A stretch of 64,000 bases of DNA from an uncultured Puniceicoccaceae bacterium (GTDB lineage: Bacteria > Verrucomicrobiota > Verrucomicrobiia > Opitutales > Oceanipulchritudinaceae), in NCBI GenBank assembly GCA_963933835.1, contig CAWVVV010000001.1, positions 384,001 to 448,000 of the forward strand, written 5' to 3'. Positions 40,720 through 50,935 of the stretch are shown in pieces. The first letter of the stretch is position 1. Every line of letters begins with the position of its first letter. The notes beneath the pieces are model-generated. The model did no database searches, was not told the DNA's origin, and worked only from the letters and a program-made list of their open reading frames with translations. The translations under genes and the position numbers were made by a program.

Positions 40720-41136
40720 ATGCCTGACCCCACGACAGATTTTGTCCCACCTTCGAGACTCGAAGTGCTTAAACGCGGAGCCTCTGGATGCTGCCCTCGC
40801 TGCGGATGTAACCATATTTTCATTACAGGATTTCGCCTCCATGAGCGCTGCCCAGAGTGTGAGCTCCCTCTAGAAATGGAGGATGGCTGGAGCTACGGAA
40901 GCGTCCCACTGGCCTATATCCTGACTGCTGTCGGCTGGGGCACGCCGGTCGTCGTCCTCACTTTGTTTGGAATCCTGAGCACACAGATGGCGCTTATTCT
41001 AGGTATCGGCGGCGCGATGGTCCTACCGATCGTCACCTTCAAGTTCACGAAGAGGCTCTGGATCGGAATCTACTACGCGCTCATCCCTCAAGAGCTACGC
41101 CCACGCGATCCGAACGAGCGCGGCGATGTGCACTAG
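40720..41136 (+). CDS. DUF983-like zinc-ribbon membrane protein
   Basis: CPRCG...CPEC...EDG followed by two TM helices. Confidence 0.7.
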   Translation: MPDPTTDFVPPSRLEVLKRGASGCCPRCGCNHIFITGFRLHERCPECELPLEMEDGWSYGSVPLAYILTAVGWGTPVVVLTLFGILSTQMALILGIGGAMVLPIVTFKFTKRLWIGIYYALIPQELRPRDPNERGDVH

Positions 41137-41143
41137 AGGACAC

Positions 41144-42681
41144 CTAGTCTTGACCCGATTCATCGTCATCAACGGCGTCCGGGACAGGCACCGCATCGAC
41201 CTCTGTCACCACAACGGGTTTCCGCTCGTATCGAACGACTTCGCGAAAGTTGCCTTTCAGCCGATCGCGTAGCTTTTCCTTGAGTGCATCTGGAATACGG
41301 GCGACGGCGTCTTCAAGCGTCAGGGTAGCGACCAGCGCTGGATTCACACGCTTGGCAGGAGATTTCTCAGCTGGCGGCTCTGGATCGACCGTGTCCGGGA
41401 GGTCTTTTTGGTCAGCAAGCGATGCCTCCCATTGCGCTTCAGGTTCACTGAAAGTGGGTCGAGATCCGGCAGCAACGAGTGCGCTACCTTCAAGTTCTGG
41501 AATGATCGGCTGTCCCCCACTGCGCTTAAGCGGCGGGATCAGTCGTTTTTTTTTCCAACTTCAGGCAATTGCCCGGCGAGGTCAGAAATCTCTTTGATCA
41601 GGCTGTCGATGGCCCGAGCTCGGCCGGCTTCCACTCCACGTAAGAGGGCGACTTCAAAATTCACTTTTTGCGAGAGCCCACGCTGCACGGCTTCTTCCGA
41701 GGCATGGAGGGTGTCGAGCATCCGCATGAGTGACTCGACAGACAGGCCGTCGCCAAAGCGGGCGCTCTTCCCACCGTTGCGAATCGCATCGAGAAGGATT
41801 TCCCGGAGGAGTGCCTGTAGGTCTAGAAGGATACGGTAAAGATCGAGGCCTCCCTCAGCCAGCCGCTCAACCATCGCCACGATTTCAGCGTAGTCTGCGT
41901 CGACAAGAGCCTTGGCGAGCGCCTCGACATCATCCGCTGAGGCCAAGCCATAGACGTTCAGAACATCATCAACGCCGATGCTTTCGCCACAGAAGGAAAT
42001 CATCTGGTCCAAAATACTCTGTGCATCGCGCATCCCGCCATTAGCGAGGCGGGCGATGGAAAGGAGCGCGGGCGGTGCCACTGTGATCTTCTCGGCATCG
42101 GAGATCTGGGAGAGGCGATCCACAATCACTTCGTCCGATATGGGGCGAAACTCGAAGCGCTGACAGCGCGAGGTGATCGTCGGTAAGACTTTGTGCGATT
42201 CAGTCGTCGCGAAAATAAACTTCACGTGGGCCGGTGGCTCTTCGAGCGTCTTGAGCAGCGCATTGAAGGCCTGCGCTGAGAGCATATGCACCTCATCAAT
42301 GATGTAGATCTTGTAGGTGCACTGAGCCGGAGCGTATTGGCAGTCTTCGCGCAGATCTCGCACCTGATCGACCGAGTTGTTCGATGCGCCATCGATCTCG
42401 ATCACATCCATGCAGTGGCCCGACATGATCGATTGACTGATTTCGCTCTCAGGATCCGGCGCGACCGATGCCCCACCTTCAGCATTCAGGGCCTTGGCGA
42501 GGATGCGGGCGGTCGAGGTTTTGCCCGTGCCGCGGGGGCCGACAAAGAGGTAAGCATGCGCAATGCGACCCGTCGTGATCGCATTCTTCAGGGTACGGAC
42601 GATATGGTCTTGACCGACCAATTCGTCAAACGTCTGCGGACGCCAGCGCCGCGCAATAACTTGATACCCCCCTTGAGACAT
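41144..42681 (-). CDS. dnaX: DNA polymerase III gamma/tau; 380-aa frame-0 product, about 512-aa product via a shift at the A9 run
   Basis: [54 protein letters not shown]; the -1 frame is open from 41545 to the stop at 41144. Confidence 0.9.
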
Positions 42682-42702
42682 ACGTGAGAAAATTAAAAAA
42701 AT

Positions 42703-42798
42703 GGCCAGGCACCCTACGGCACACGAGATTCCAAATTACCGTTGCTGCCTTCCGGCCCTGGCGGGATTCACAGGCCTCTCGTTGCATAGGACCCGACC
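42703..42798 (-). ncRNA. ffs: Signal recognition particle RNA (small bacterial type)
   Basis: Minus strand GGTCGGGTCCTATG...CCAGGGCCGGAAGGCAGCA...GTAGGGTGCCTGGCC with paired ends and helix-8 motif; upstream of dnaX. Confidence 0.92.
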
Positions 42799-43038
42799 AC
42801 CTTCAACGTCGGCCATCCATTCTAGGATTTCAACCCCCTTTTTCATTCTTCCAAGGAGAATGCATTCACAGCTCACTATTATCTACCAAGGCAGGGCGAA
42901 GGCCCTCCGCCATCCAATTCATGGCACCCATATAAAATGAAGCTGGCGGCGAATACCGAAATTCGCTAATTTAGTTTGAACAGACCCCGCTCTAACACCG
43001 ACATTTAGCATATCGATTGCTCTTTTTCTTAGAAATCC

Positions 43039-44082
43039 ATGCGAGCCTACTTCCTCCGGCGTTTGCTGCTCATTCCACCGACCCTCCTCGGGATTACGCT
43101 CATCGTCTTCGCGATCACGCGTTTTGTCCCCGGTGGTCCTGTCGAGCAACGGTTGCTTGAGATGCAGGGTGGCGCCACATCGATGGAGGGCAGCAGCGCT
43201 TCAAACCATCTCGGGCAACAAGCCGTTTCAGAAGCAGAAATCGAAAGGCTGAGGGCCTACTACGGCCTCGATAAGCCCTGGTATATCGCTTACGTCAATT
43301 GGCTGGGTAAAGTCGGCCGCGGTGACCTTGGTGAATCCTATCGATGGAATGAGCCCGTCACTCGTATCCTTTATAATGCCTTACCCATATCGACTTTCTA
43401 CGGGATAATCAGTTTCATTCTGATCTACTCGATCTCAATCCCTCTAGGGATGGTCAAGGCTCTGAGGCACAGGACATTTCTTGATAGCAGCACATCCATC
43501 CTTGTTTTTGCCGGGTATGCGATTCCTGGATACGTTTTGGGTGCCATTCTTATTTTCTTTTTCTCGATTCAGAAGGACTGGTTCCCATCCGGGGGCTTTG
43601 TTGGCTACGAATATCAGTATCTCATGCCCTTCGGCGTCTTCACCGACGGCGGCGCAATTTTGAGCCTGCTCCATCATGCGGTGCTTCCTCTCATCTGCTA
43701 TCTCATCGGTGGCTTTGCCTTAACCACCCTTTTGATGAAAAACCACCTAATGGATAACCTTGCGGCCGACTACATGCGCACCGCGGTCTCTAAAGGCTCA
43801 ACCTTTAAACGCGCAGTCTTCAAGCATGCGCTGAGAAACTCACTCATTCCGATCGCTACTACATTCGGACAAAATCTCGCTCTCTTCGTCTCTGGCTCAT
43901 TTCTCATCGAGTTTCTTTTCGATATCAATGGGTTTGGCCTCTTAGGCTTGGAATCAATTCTGCAGAGAGACTACCCCATCGTGATGGGAATCGTCCTCTT
44001 TTCCAGTCTCTTAATGCTAGTGGGAAATATCATTTCAGACATACTTGTCGCCATCGTCGACCCAAGGGTGCGCTTTAATTAA
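43039..44082 (+). CDS. Peptide ABC transporter permease (YejB/OppB-like)
   Basis: YFLRRLLLIPPTLLGI, PGGPVE, DYMRTAVSKG, HALRNS, DPRVRF. Confidence 0.9.
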   Translation: MRAYFLRRLLLIPPTLLGITLIVFAITRFVPGGPVEQRLLEMQGGATSMEGSSASNHLGQQAVSEAEIERLRAYYGLDKPWYIAYVNWLGKVGRGDLGESYRWNEPVTRILYNALPISTFYGIISFILIYSISIPLGMVKALRHRTFLDSSTSILVFAGYAIPGYVLGAILIFFFSIQKDWFPSGGFVGYEYQYLMPFGVFTDGGAILSLLHHAVLPLICYLIGGFALTTLLMKNHLMDNLAADYMRTAVSKGSTFKRAVFKHALRNSLIPIATTFGQNLALFVSGSFLIEFLFDINGFGLLGLESILQRDYPIVMGIVLFSSLLMLVGNIISDILVAIVDPRVRFN

Positions 44083-44090
44083 TTTGCTCT

Positions 44091-45344
44091 ATGGGTGCTA
44101 CAAATTCAGTCGATACCCAGGATGAGAACGCCTTCTCTCCTTTAGGAAAAGGCGTTGTCCTCTTCGTCCTACTTCTGACTGGGATTCTTCTAAATAGATA
44201 TACGAATCCTTACTTCGCACTCAGTGGCATTATCACGCTTAGCTGGTCGGCACGCGGGCGCATGGGCTGGAAAGCGAATCCTCTTACGGTCCGTAAATTA
44301 AAGCGCTTTAAAGCGATCAAGCGTGGTTCAGCTTCATTTAATATCCTTCTCCTACTCTGGATCTTTTCACTCTTCGCCGAATTCTTCATCAGCAACCGAG
44401 CCCTCGTTGTTCGATACGACGGTCATTGGTATTTCCCTACATTTTCGAGTGTCCAGCTTGCAGGTGAGTTTGGTATCGCCGGGAGTGAACGTTTCGAGCC
44501 AGTCAACTATCGGGAACTGCAGGCTAGTTTCGCACAGGAGAATGGCTCAGGGAACTTCGCTATCATGCCGCTGATTCCCTACAGTCCGAATGAGAGCAAT
44601 TCCTACAATGGCATCCTCAGACCCGAGCCACCCAGCTGGAGCAATCAGCATCTTCTCGGCACGGACGAAACAGGCCGCGACATTTTTGCCCGCCTCATCT
44701 ATGGTTTCCGCATCGCCATCTTCTTCGCCCTCGCATTCACCGTCTTCACTTATCTCATCGGAGTCGTCATCGGATGCCTGATGGGATACTTTGGAGGCCT
44801 AACGGATCTGCTGGGGCAGCGGTTGATCGAAATCTGGTCGAACATTCCTTTCCTCTATACCGTCATCATCATCTTCTCGATTGTCCCGACCGATTTTGAA
44901 GTCAGCATCAGAATCACTATCTTGCTTGTTGTCATGGTCCTCTTCTCATGGACGGGCATGACCTACTACATGCGCTCGGGCACTTTAAAAGAGCGAGCTC
45001 GTGACTACACCTCTGCTGCGATAGTGCTGGGTGCTTCACCCTCGAGAGTCATCTTCTCACACATCCTCCCGAACACCCTCTCCACCCTCGTAACCTTTAT
45101 GCCCTTTACGATCAGCGGAGCGATTGCGGCGATCACAGCTCTCGATTTCCTCGGCTTCGGGCTCCCTGCGCCCACCCCAAGCATAGGGGAACTTTTGAAG
45201 CAGGGGCAAAGCAACATCACAAATGCCCCTTGGATCATTACCTCGGCCTTCGTCTCTTTGACTGTTTTACTCACCCTTATCACTTTCGTCGGTGAAGCCG
45301 TGCGCGAAGCCTTCGACCCGAAAAAATTCACCCAATATCTCTAA
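44091..45344 (+). CDS. Peptide ABC transporter permease (YejE/OppC-like)
   Basis: HLLGTDETGRDIFARLIYGFR, HILPN, LDFLGFGLP, GEAVREAFDP. Confidence 0.9.
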   Translation: MGATNSVDTQDENAFSPLGKGVVLFVLLLTGILLNRYTNPYFALSGIITLSWSARGRMGWKANPLTVRKLKRFKAIKRGSASFNILLLLWIFSLFAEFFISNRALVVRYDGHWYFPTFSSVQLAGEFGIAGSERFEPVNYRELQASFAQENGSGNFAIMPLIPYSPNESNSYNGILRPEPPSWSNQHLLGTDETGRDIFARLIYGFRIAIFFALAFTVFTYLIGVVIGCLMGYFGGLTDLLGQRLIEIWSNIPFLYTVIIIFSIVPTDFEVSIRITILLVVMVLFSWTGMTYYMRSGTLKERARDYTSAAIVLGASPSRVIFSHILPNTLSTLVTFMPFTISGAIAAITALDFLGFGLPAPTPSIGELLKQGQSNITNAPWIITSAFVSLTVLLTLITFVGEAVREAFDPKKFTQYL

Positions 45345-47449
45345 TGAAGACTATGAAATTCACCTTTCGGGCAATGGGCCTTTGCGCAGTTGTTATTCTT
45401 ATCACCGGTTGTGGCGGAGGAAAAGATTCAGATAATCCTACTACATCTCAAGAGATTCAATCTGGCACCGCCCAACGCATGCCTATCCCGGCCGAAATAC
45501 AGCAGTTTTATGACGCCAAAGTCAGCCTGCCACCTGCTCTCTACGAAGACCTTGAAGCCGGCCGCGTCACGCAGGAAGAGATCGATCAGCGCACGGCCTC
45601 AGGTGAGTTTCCAAAGCGTTTCGAATTTAAGACGCTCGATGATTTGCCCAGCGATCTCGTCTGGGAAGACGGCATGGAGCTCGAAGAATTCGGTTCCTCT
45701 GAGGCCAAGAAAGGCGGCACTTTTTATTACTTTTTCCCTGACTTTCCTCGCACCCTCCGTGTCATCGGCCCTGACGCCTCGAGCGCCTTTAGAAACTATC
45801 TCCTAGATAATGTAACACTAGGACTTGCTGCGAGACATCCAAACAATCCAAGCATAGGGGAAAACGGCTTCACCTACTACGCGGAGCTCGCAAAAGAATG
45901 GTCATTAGATAAAGCCAACAATACAGCATACATTCGACTTAGACCCGAAGCAACGTGGTCTGATGGCGTTCCCATCACGGTCGACGATTTCTTTTACTCA
46001 ATCTATTTCCATACCTCCGAGCACCATCAGCAGCCGTTCTATATAAACTATTATAATCGGAATATCGTGCGCCTAGTGAAATATGACGACTACACTTTTT
46101 CTATAACAGTCGCAGAACAAAAACCCGATTTTACTGGCAGCGTTTTAGCGCTCCCGCCCATGCCGATGCACCACTACGGCGTCATGGATGAGGACTACAT
46201 CGACAAATTCCAATGGGTATTCCAGCCGACAACAGGCCCCTATGTAATTCGGAAGAAAGACATCAATAAGGGTAATTTCATACGCCTCAACCGGAACGAT
46301 AACTGGTGGGCAAAAGACCTGAAGTTCCAGCGCTATCGATACAATTTCGACGTCATTCACATCAGCACGATCCGCGACTACGAGAAAGCGATCGAAGTCT
46401 TTAAGAAAGGTGAAATTGATATCTTCCCGATCAACATCACCCACTGGTGGCATGAAAAAGTAGCGAACGACGATCCGCTCGTGACCAGTGGCTACATCCA
46501 TAAATACATCTTCTACAATGATCGCCAACGCTCAACCCGTGGCATATGGATTAACAAAGCGGTCGCTCCGATGGATGATATCAATATTCGTCGCGGCTTC
46601 CAATACTCGATGAACTGGGGCCGTGTAATCAATGAGTATAATCGAGGCGACTATAAGCGCCTTAATACCGTCAACGATGGCTATGGTCCCTTCTCACACC
46701 CGAGCCTGAAAGCTCGCGCCTTCGATGTAGAGAAGGCACTCGAATACTTTGCCAAAGCGGGCTACAACAGCCGCAACGATGAGGGCATTCTTATCGATGA
46801 GAATGGAGAGACTCTGCGCATCACCCTGACAACCCCATGGCCCTCCGCTGAAAACGAACTCACGATCCTTCAGGAAGAAGCCTTGAAAGTCGGCCTAGAT
46901 CTCAATCTAGACCTCCTTGATTTCACCACCGGCCTCAAGAAAGTGAATGAGAAAAAGCACCAAGTGGCCTATATGGGCGTAGGGGGCGGCGCTGAAATGA
47001 CCCCACGTTACTGGGAATATTTTCATTCGAAAAACGCTTTCCAGAATGCCTTTCTCGAAGATGAATCCGCGAATCCCGAGCGAAAACTTCAGCCCAATAC
47101 AAACAACACAATGAGTGTCGCTGACCCTAAAATGGACAAGCTCATTGAGATCTATCGCTCCTCATCAAGTGCAGAAGAGATGCAAGGTCTCTCTCACCAA
47201 ATCCTAGAGATCATTCATGAAGAAGCGGTCTTTAATCCTGGTTACTATCGGCCCCACATTCGCACCGCGTCATGGCGCTGGGTCCATTGGCCAGAAGATC
47301 ACAATGTGAGGATCGCGAGCAACTTTGAAGAATTCTACCTCGCTTGGATCGATGAAGATGAAAAACGCGAAACCCTCGATGCGATGAAGAAGGACAAAGA
47401 ATTTCCCGCCGTGATCGAAACACATGATCAGTACCTAAAAGCAGAGTAA
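45344..47449 (+). CDS. ABC transporter substrate-binding lipoprotein, family 5 (YejA-like)
   Basis: Lipobox ITGC; AKKGG, WSDGVPITVDD, TGPY, YNFD. Confidence 0.88.
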   Translation: MKTMKFTFRAMGLCAVVILITGCGGGKDSDNPTTSQEIQSGTAQRMPIPAEIQQFYDAKVSLPPALYEDLEAGRVTQEEIDQRTASGEFPKRFEFKTLDDLPSDLVWEDGMELEEFGSSEAKKGGTFYYFFPDFPRTLRVIGPDASSAFRNYLLDNVTLGLAARHPNNPSIGENGFTYYAELAKEWSLDKANNTAYIRLRPEATWSDGVPITVDDFFYSIYFHTSEHHQQPFYINYYNRNIVRLVKYDDYTFSITVAEQKPDFTGSVLALPPMPMHHYGVMDEDYIDKFQWVFQPTTGPYVIRKKDINKGNFIRLNRNDNWWAKDLKFQRYRYNFDVIHISTIRDYEKAIEVFKKGEIDIFPINITHWWHEKVANDDPLVTSGYIHKYIFYNDRQRSTRGIWINKAVAPMDDINIRRGFQYSMNWGRVINEYNRGDYKRLNTVNDGYGPFSHPSLKARAFDVEKALEYFAKAGYNSRNDEGILIDENGETLRITLTTPWPSAENELTILQEEALKVGLDLNLDLLDFTTGLKKVNEKKHQVAYMGVGGGAEMTPRYWEYFHSKNAFQNAFLEDESANPERKLQPNTNNTMSVADPKMDKLIEIYRSSSSAEEMQGLSHQILEIIHEEAVFNPGYYRPHIRTASWRWVHWPEDHNVRIASNFEEFYLAWIDEDEKRETLDAMKKDKEFPAVIETHDQYLKAE

Positions 47450-47456
47450 CCGCAAT

Positions 47457-48470
47457 TTGGATACATCACGAAAACTTCTTCAGGTCCGCGACCTCGTCTC
47501 TGCCTTCGACACTGACGACGGCCAAGTCACCGCTGTTGACCGCGTAAGCTTCGAGGTCGAAGCGGGAAAAACTCTCGGTATTGTCGGTGAGTCTGGCTGC
47601 GGGAAAAGTGTGACAGCATTCTCATTGATGCGTCTTCTTCCCCAGCCGATGGGTAAAATCCTCGAAGGGGAGATCCTTCTCAATGGGGAGGATATTTTGA
47701 AGCTTCCCCCCAAGGAAATGCGCAAGATCCGGGGCGAAACAATTGGGATGATCTTTCAAGAGCCGATGTCTGCGCTCAATCCGGTGCAACGCATCGGCAA
47801 GCAGATGAGTGAGGTCTACGAGCTCCACCGATCGAAGATGTCGAAGAAAGAGACCTGGGAGGCTTCGATCGAAATGCTCCGAAAGGTGGGAATCCCCTCT
47901 CCCGAACTACGCATCGGAGACTTCCCGCATAAGCTTTCAGGTGGGATGCGCCAGCGCGTCGTCATCGCCATGGCCCTCGCCCTCAAGCCCAAGCTCGTCA
48001 TCGCAGATGAGCCGACGACTGCACTCGACGTCACGATACAGGCTCAAATTCTTGATCTCATGAAGTCACTTCAAGCGGAGATGGGGATGGGGCTCATCAT
48101 GATAACACACGACCTCGGCGTTATCGCTGAAACCTGTGATGATGTTGTCGTCATGTATGCAGGTCGGGTTGCAGAAAAAGGAAGCGTCGAGCAGATTTTC
48201 CACCATCCTCAGCACCTCTATACGAAAGGTCTTCTCAATTCGATCCCCCGACTTGATCACCCCGCCAAGACACCTCTTTCGACCATTCCTGGCCTCGTCC
48301 CCAGCCTCAGCCAAATGCCGGTCGGCGCCCGCTTCGCCCCACGCTCCTCGCACCCAGAAGTAAAAGAATACTTAGCCTCCGAAGCCTTTAGATCCAAGCG
48401 CCCTGAACTCGTTGAAGTGGAGCCAGGTCACTGGGTCGAAGATGAGAAGGTAGTGAGGAATTTTGAATGA
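47457..48470 (+). CDS. Peptide ABC transporter ATP-binding protein (OppD-like)
   Basis: GESGCGKS, LSGGMRQR, ADEPTTALD; TTG start. Confidence 0.93.
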   Translation: MDTSRKLLQVRDLVSAFDTDDGQVTAVDRVSFEVEAGKTLGIVGESGCGKSVTAFSLMRLLPQPMGKILEGEILLNGEDILKLPPKEMRKIRGETIGMIFQEPMSALNPVQRIGKQMSEVYELHRSKMSKKETWEASIEMLRKVGIPSPELRIGDFPHKLSGGMRQRVVIAMALALKPKLVIADEPTTALDVTIQAQILDLMKSLQAEMGMGLIMITHDLGVIAETCDDVVVMYAGRVAEKGSVEQIFHHPQHLYTKGLLNSIPRLDHPAKTPLSTIPGLVPSLSQMPVGARFAPRSSHPEVKEYLASEAFRSKRPELVEVEPGHWVEDEKVVRNFE

Positions 48471-48962
48471 TGAATAATGAGTGATGAATGGACAGTAGAT
48501 GACGAAGCATTCGATTTTCCTGCTAGCGTCGAAGAGGAGTGCTCCAAATACGGAGGAAGGAATATCCCAACACGGACCAAGCAATTTGCGCTTAGGATCG
48601 TGAAGGTAGCACAATCCCTCCCCCACTCGAACGCCAGCCGACACTTTGCCGACCAGCTCATGCGTTCAGGAACATCCGTCGGCGCCCATCTGCATGAAGC
48701 CAGACGCTCTCGGTCAGATGCAGAAATGATTAGTAAAATTGGAATCGCCCTCCAAGAGCTCGACGAAACTGACTACTGGCTGTCTCTCACCATTGGTGCT
48801 CAACTCCTGCCTCTCGAACGACTCTCAGCTCTCAAGGCAGAAATCCAAGAGCTCATCGCCATTCTCACCACATCAAGCAAAACCCGTAAATCCCGCCGAA
48901 AACAAAAGTAGACTACGCGTTACAGCAGCTAATTCATCACTCAGCATTCATCATTCAAAATT
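48459..48962. mobile_element. Inverted-repeat-bounded four-helix-bundle cassette (putative)
   Basis: 31-bp arms 48459-48489 and 48932-48962 are reverse complements at 29/31. Confidence 0.65.
48477..48911 (+). CDS. Four helix bundle protein (23S rRNA IVP / Avd-like family)
   Basis: RTKQFALRIVK, DQLMRSGTSVGA..HEA, SKIGIALQELDETDYWL. Confidence 0.9.
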   Translation: MSDEWTVDDEAFDFPASVEEECSKYGGRNIPTRTKQFALRIVKVAQSLPHSNASRHFADQLMRSGTSVGAHLHEARRSRSDAEMISKIGIALQELDETDYWLSLTIGAQLLPLERLSALKAEIQELIAILTTSSKTRKSRRKQK

Positions 48963-48965
48963 TCC

Positions 48966-49961
48966 ATGCCCCCGCCTTTACTTCAAACCTCTGACCTAAA
49001 GATGCACTTCCCTGTTAAGGGCGGTGTGATTCAGCGCACGAAGCAATGGGTGAAGGCAGTTGATGGCGTCGATCTTGCGATCAATGAGGGCGAAACACTG
49101 GGCCTTGTTGGCGAGTCGGGTTGCGGGAAGTCTACTCTAGGAAAATGTATTGTAAAACTGAATACACCGACAGAGGGTAAAATCAACTTTCGAGGCCATG
49201 ATCTATCCGGATTGTCAAACAGGGCGATGAAGCCACTGCGGCGTGACATTCAGATGATCTTTCAGGATCCGGTGGAATCGCTTAATGCCCGCCACACAAT
49301 TGGGCAAATCCTCGAAGAGCCCTTTATTATTCACGGACTCGGGAATGCAACGGAGCGCAAGCGGAAGGTCGCTGAGCTCGTCGAACGCGTCGGTCTTCAG
49401 CAAGATGTCATTGCGCGCTACCCTTTTGAGTTCTCTGGCGGGCAACGCCAGCGCATCGGCATCGCACGAGCGATCGCTTTACGACCGAAGTTCATCGTCT
49501 GCGACGAGCCTGTCTCGGCGCTCGATGTCTCGGTGCAAAGCCAGATTTTAAATCTCCTTCTTGATCTTCAGAAAGACTTCGGGCTGACCTACCTTTTCAT
49601 CGCGCATGATCTCGCCGTCGTGAAGCTCATCAGTGATCGTATCGCGATCATGTATCTCGGGAAGATTGTTGAACTCGGGCCGGCAGCAGAAGTCTTTAAG
49701 AATCCACTACACGCTTATACAAAAGCGCTCATCTCAGCCATCCCACATCCCGACCCGCGCAAAAAATCCGAGCGGATCATTCTTCAAGGCGACGTCCCCT
49801 CTCCGATCGACCCGCCCAAAGGCAGTGCCTTCGCCTCCCGAAGCTGGATGCCTTGTCCAGATGAATGGAAAGAACGCCCCGGCAAGTTCATTGAAGTGGA
49901 CCCAGGACACTGGGTCGAAGTCCACCCAGCGACGTTTGAAGATTGGCAGGAATACCTCTAA
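48966..49961 (+). CDS. Peptide ABC transporter ATP-binding protein (OppF-like)
   Basis: GESGCGKST, FSGGQRQR, CDEPVSALD, GDVPSP. Confidence 0.93.
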   Translation: MPPPLLQTSDLKMHFPVKGGVIQRTKQWVKAVDGVDLAINEGETLGLVGESGCGKSTLGKCIVKLNTPTEGKINFRGHDLSGLSNRAMKPLRRDIQMIFQDPVESLNARHTIGQILEEPFIIHGLGNATERKRKVAELVERVGLQQDVIARYPFEFSGGQRQRIGIARAIALRPKFIVCDEPVSALDVSVQSQILNLLLDLQKDFGLTYLFIAHDLAVVKLISDRIAIMYLGKIVELGPAAEVFKNPLHAYTKALISAIPHPDPRKKSERIILQGDVPSPIDPPKGSAFASRSWMPCPDEWKERPGKFIEVDPGHWVEVHPATFEDWQEYL

Positions 49962-49984
49962 AAGAGTCTTGGAATTGACCTTTT

Positions 49985-50538
49985 TTAGACTTCGCCTTCA
50001 ACCATTCTGTCCTGGAGACCAATGATGCTTTCAATCTCTTCTTCGAGGGTGAGGCACTCTTCTTTCGAAGCCTGTCCGCCAAAGAGCTTAAACTCATTCT
50101 CTCGCTTCATGATCACTCTTAACTGGTAACTCACGCTGGTCCCATTCTTCGATCGAGTGACTTTTCTAGCGGTGTAGAGTTGATCAACCTCCGCCACAGC
50201 AACGGACCTATCGCCAAGCCATTTCAATGGATAGGAACGAACCGTAAACGTTGTCGGAGAAATTGTCACATCCGTCTTGTTCACAAAAGATGCGACCATC
50301 GCATAGGTGACTAAAAGGCCCACCAAAACATGAATGACCGGAAAGAGAACCGCCTTCATGTCAGGTTCATTCTGATTCATTAGAGCCGTATACAAAACAA
50401 CCAACATGCCGTCCAAAAGAGGACGAAAAACAGGAGGAAGAAAGACTTCGTCCCAAACCACTTCCGTCGGATCGTGATGTCATCCATTCCGGGGATGAGC
50501 TCGATGTTCTTCGGCAAAGGGCGATTACTCAAAGTCAT
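49985..50538 (-). pseudogene. Frameshifted membrane protein gene with a duplicated start region
   Basis: MTLSNRPLPKN...FFVLFW (from 50538) joins DGMLVVLY...FPVIHVLVG if one G is added at 50413-50414; 22-bp tandem duplication at 50517-50560. Confidence 0.6.
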
Positions 50539-50633
50539 AAGGGCGATTACTCAAAGTCATAAGGGTTGTAGAGATTGTTCCTAAATCGTTTTAGCGATCA
50601 AAATGATCTGCATTGGACACTTCGTGAAGACAC

Positions 50634-50669
50634 AAAAAAGCCCAACGCCAAAAGAGGAAGTTGGGCTTT
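50634..50669 (-). terminator. Intrinsic terminator downstream of the YqaE/Pmp3 gene
   Basis: AAAGCCCAAC...GTTGGGCTTT stem with A/T tracts. Confidence 0.6.
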
Positions 50670-50705
50670 GAAATATTAAGCTAGAGCAAGCTGATGCGCT
50701 AGACG

Positions 50706-50867
50706 CTACTTCTTCAAAAGGATGTAGAAGGCGTGAATAATTGCGCCAATTCCGCGAGTAAAGATCAGGAGCCCAATGTTAATGACTAAGTCCATTCCAG
50801 CACCCTTTTTCAAGAAAACAAGGACGGGTGGAAGGAAGATGGCGAGGAGGATATCAACAATAGACAT
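50706..50867 (-). CDS. YqaE/Pmp3 family small membrane protein (53 aa, absent from the ORF track)
   Basis: MSIVDILLAIFLPPVLVFLKKGAGMDLVINIGLLIFTRGIGAIIHAFYILLKK*. Confidence 0.88.
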   Translation of the reverse strand: MSIVDILLAIFLPPVLVFLKKGAGMDLVINIGLLIFTRGIGAIIHAFYILLKK

Positions 50868-50935
50868 GTCATCAGTGTGCCACATTCTTTTTTACAGGGC
50901 AAGCTGTAAAAAATGCCCTCACTGATGGCACTCAA

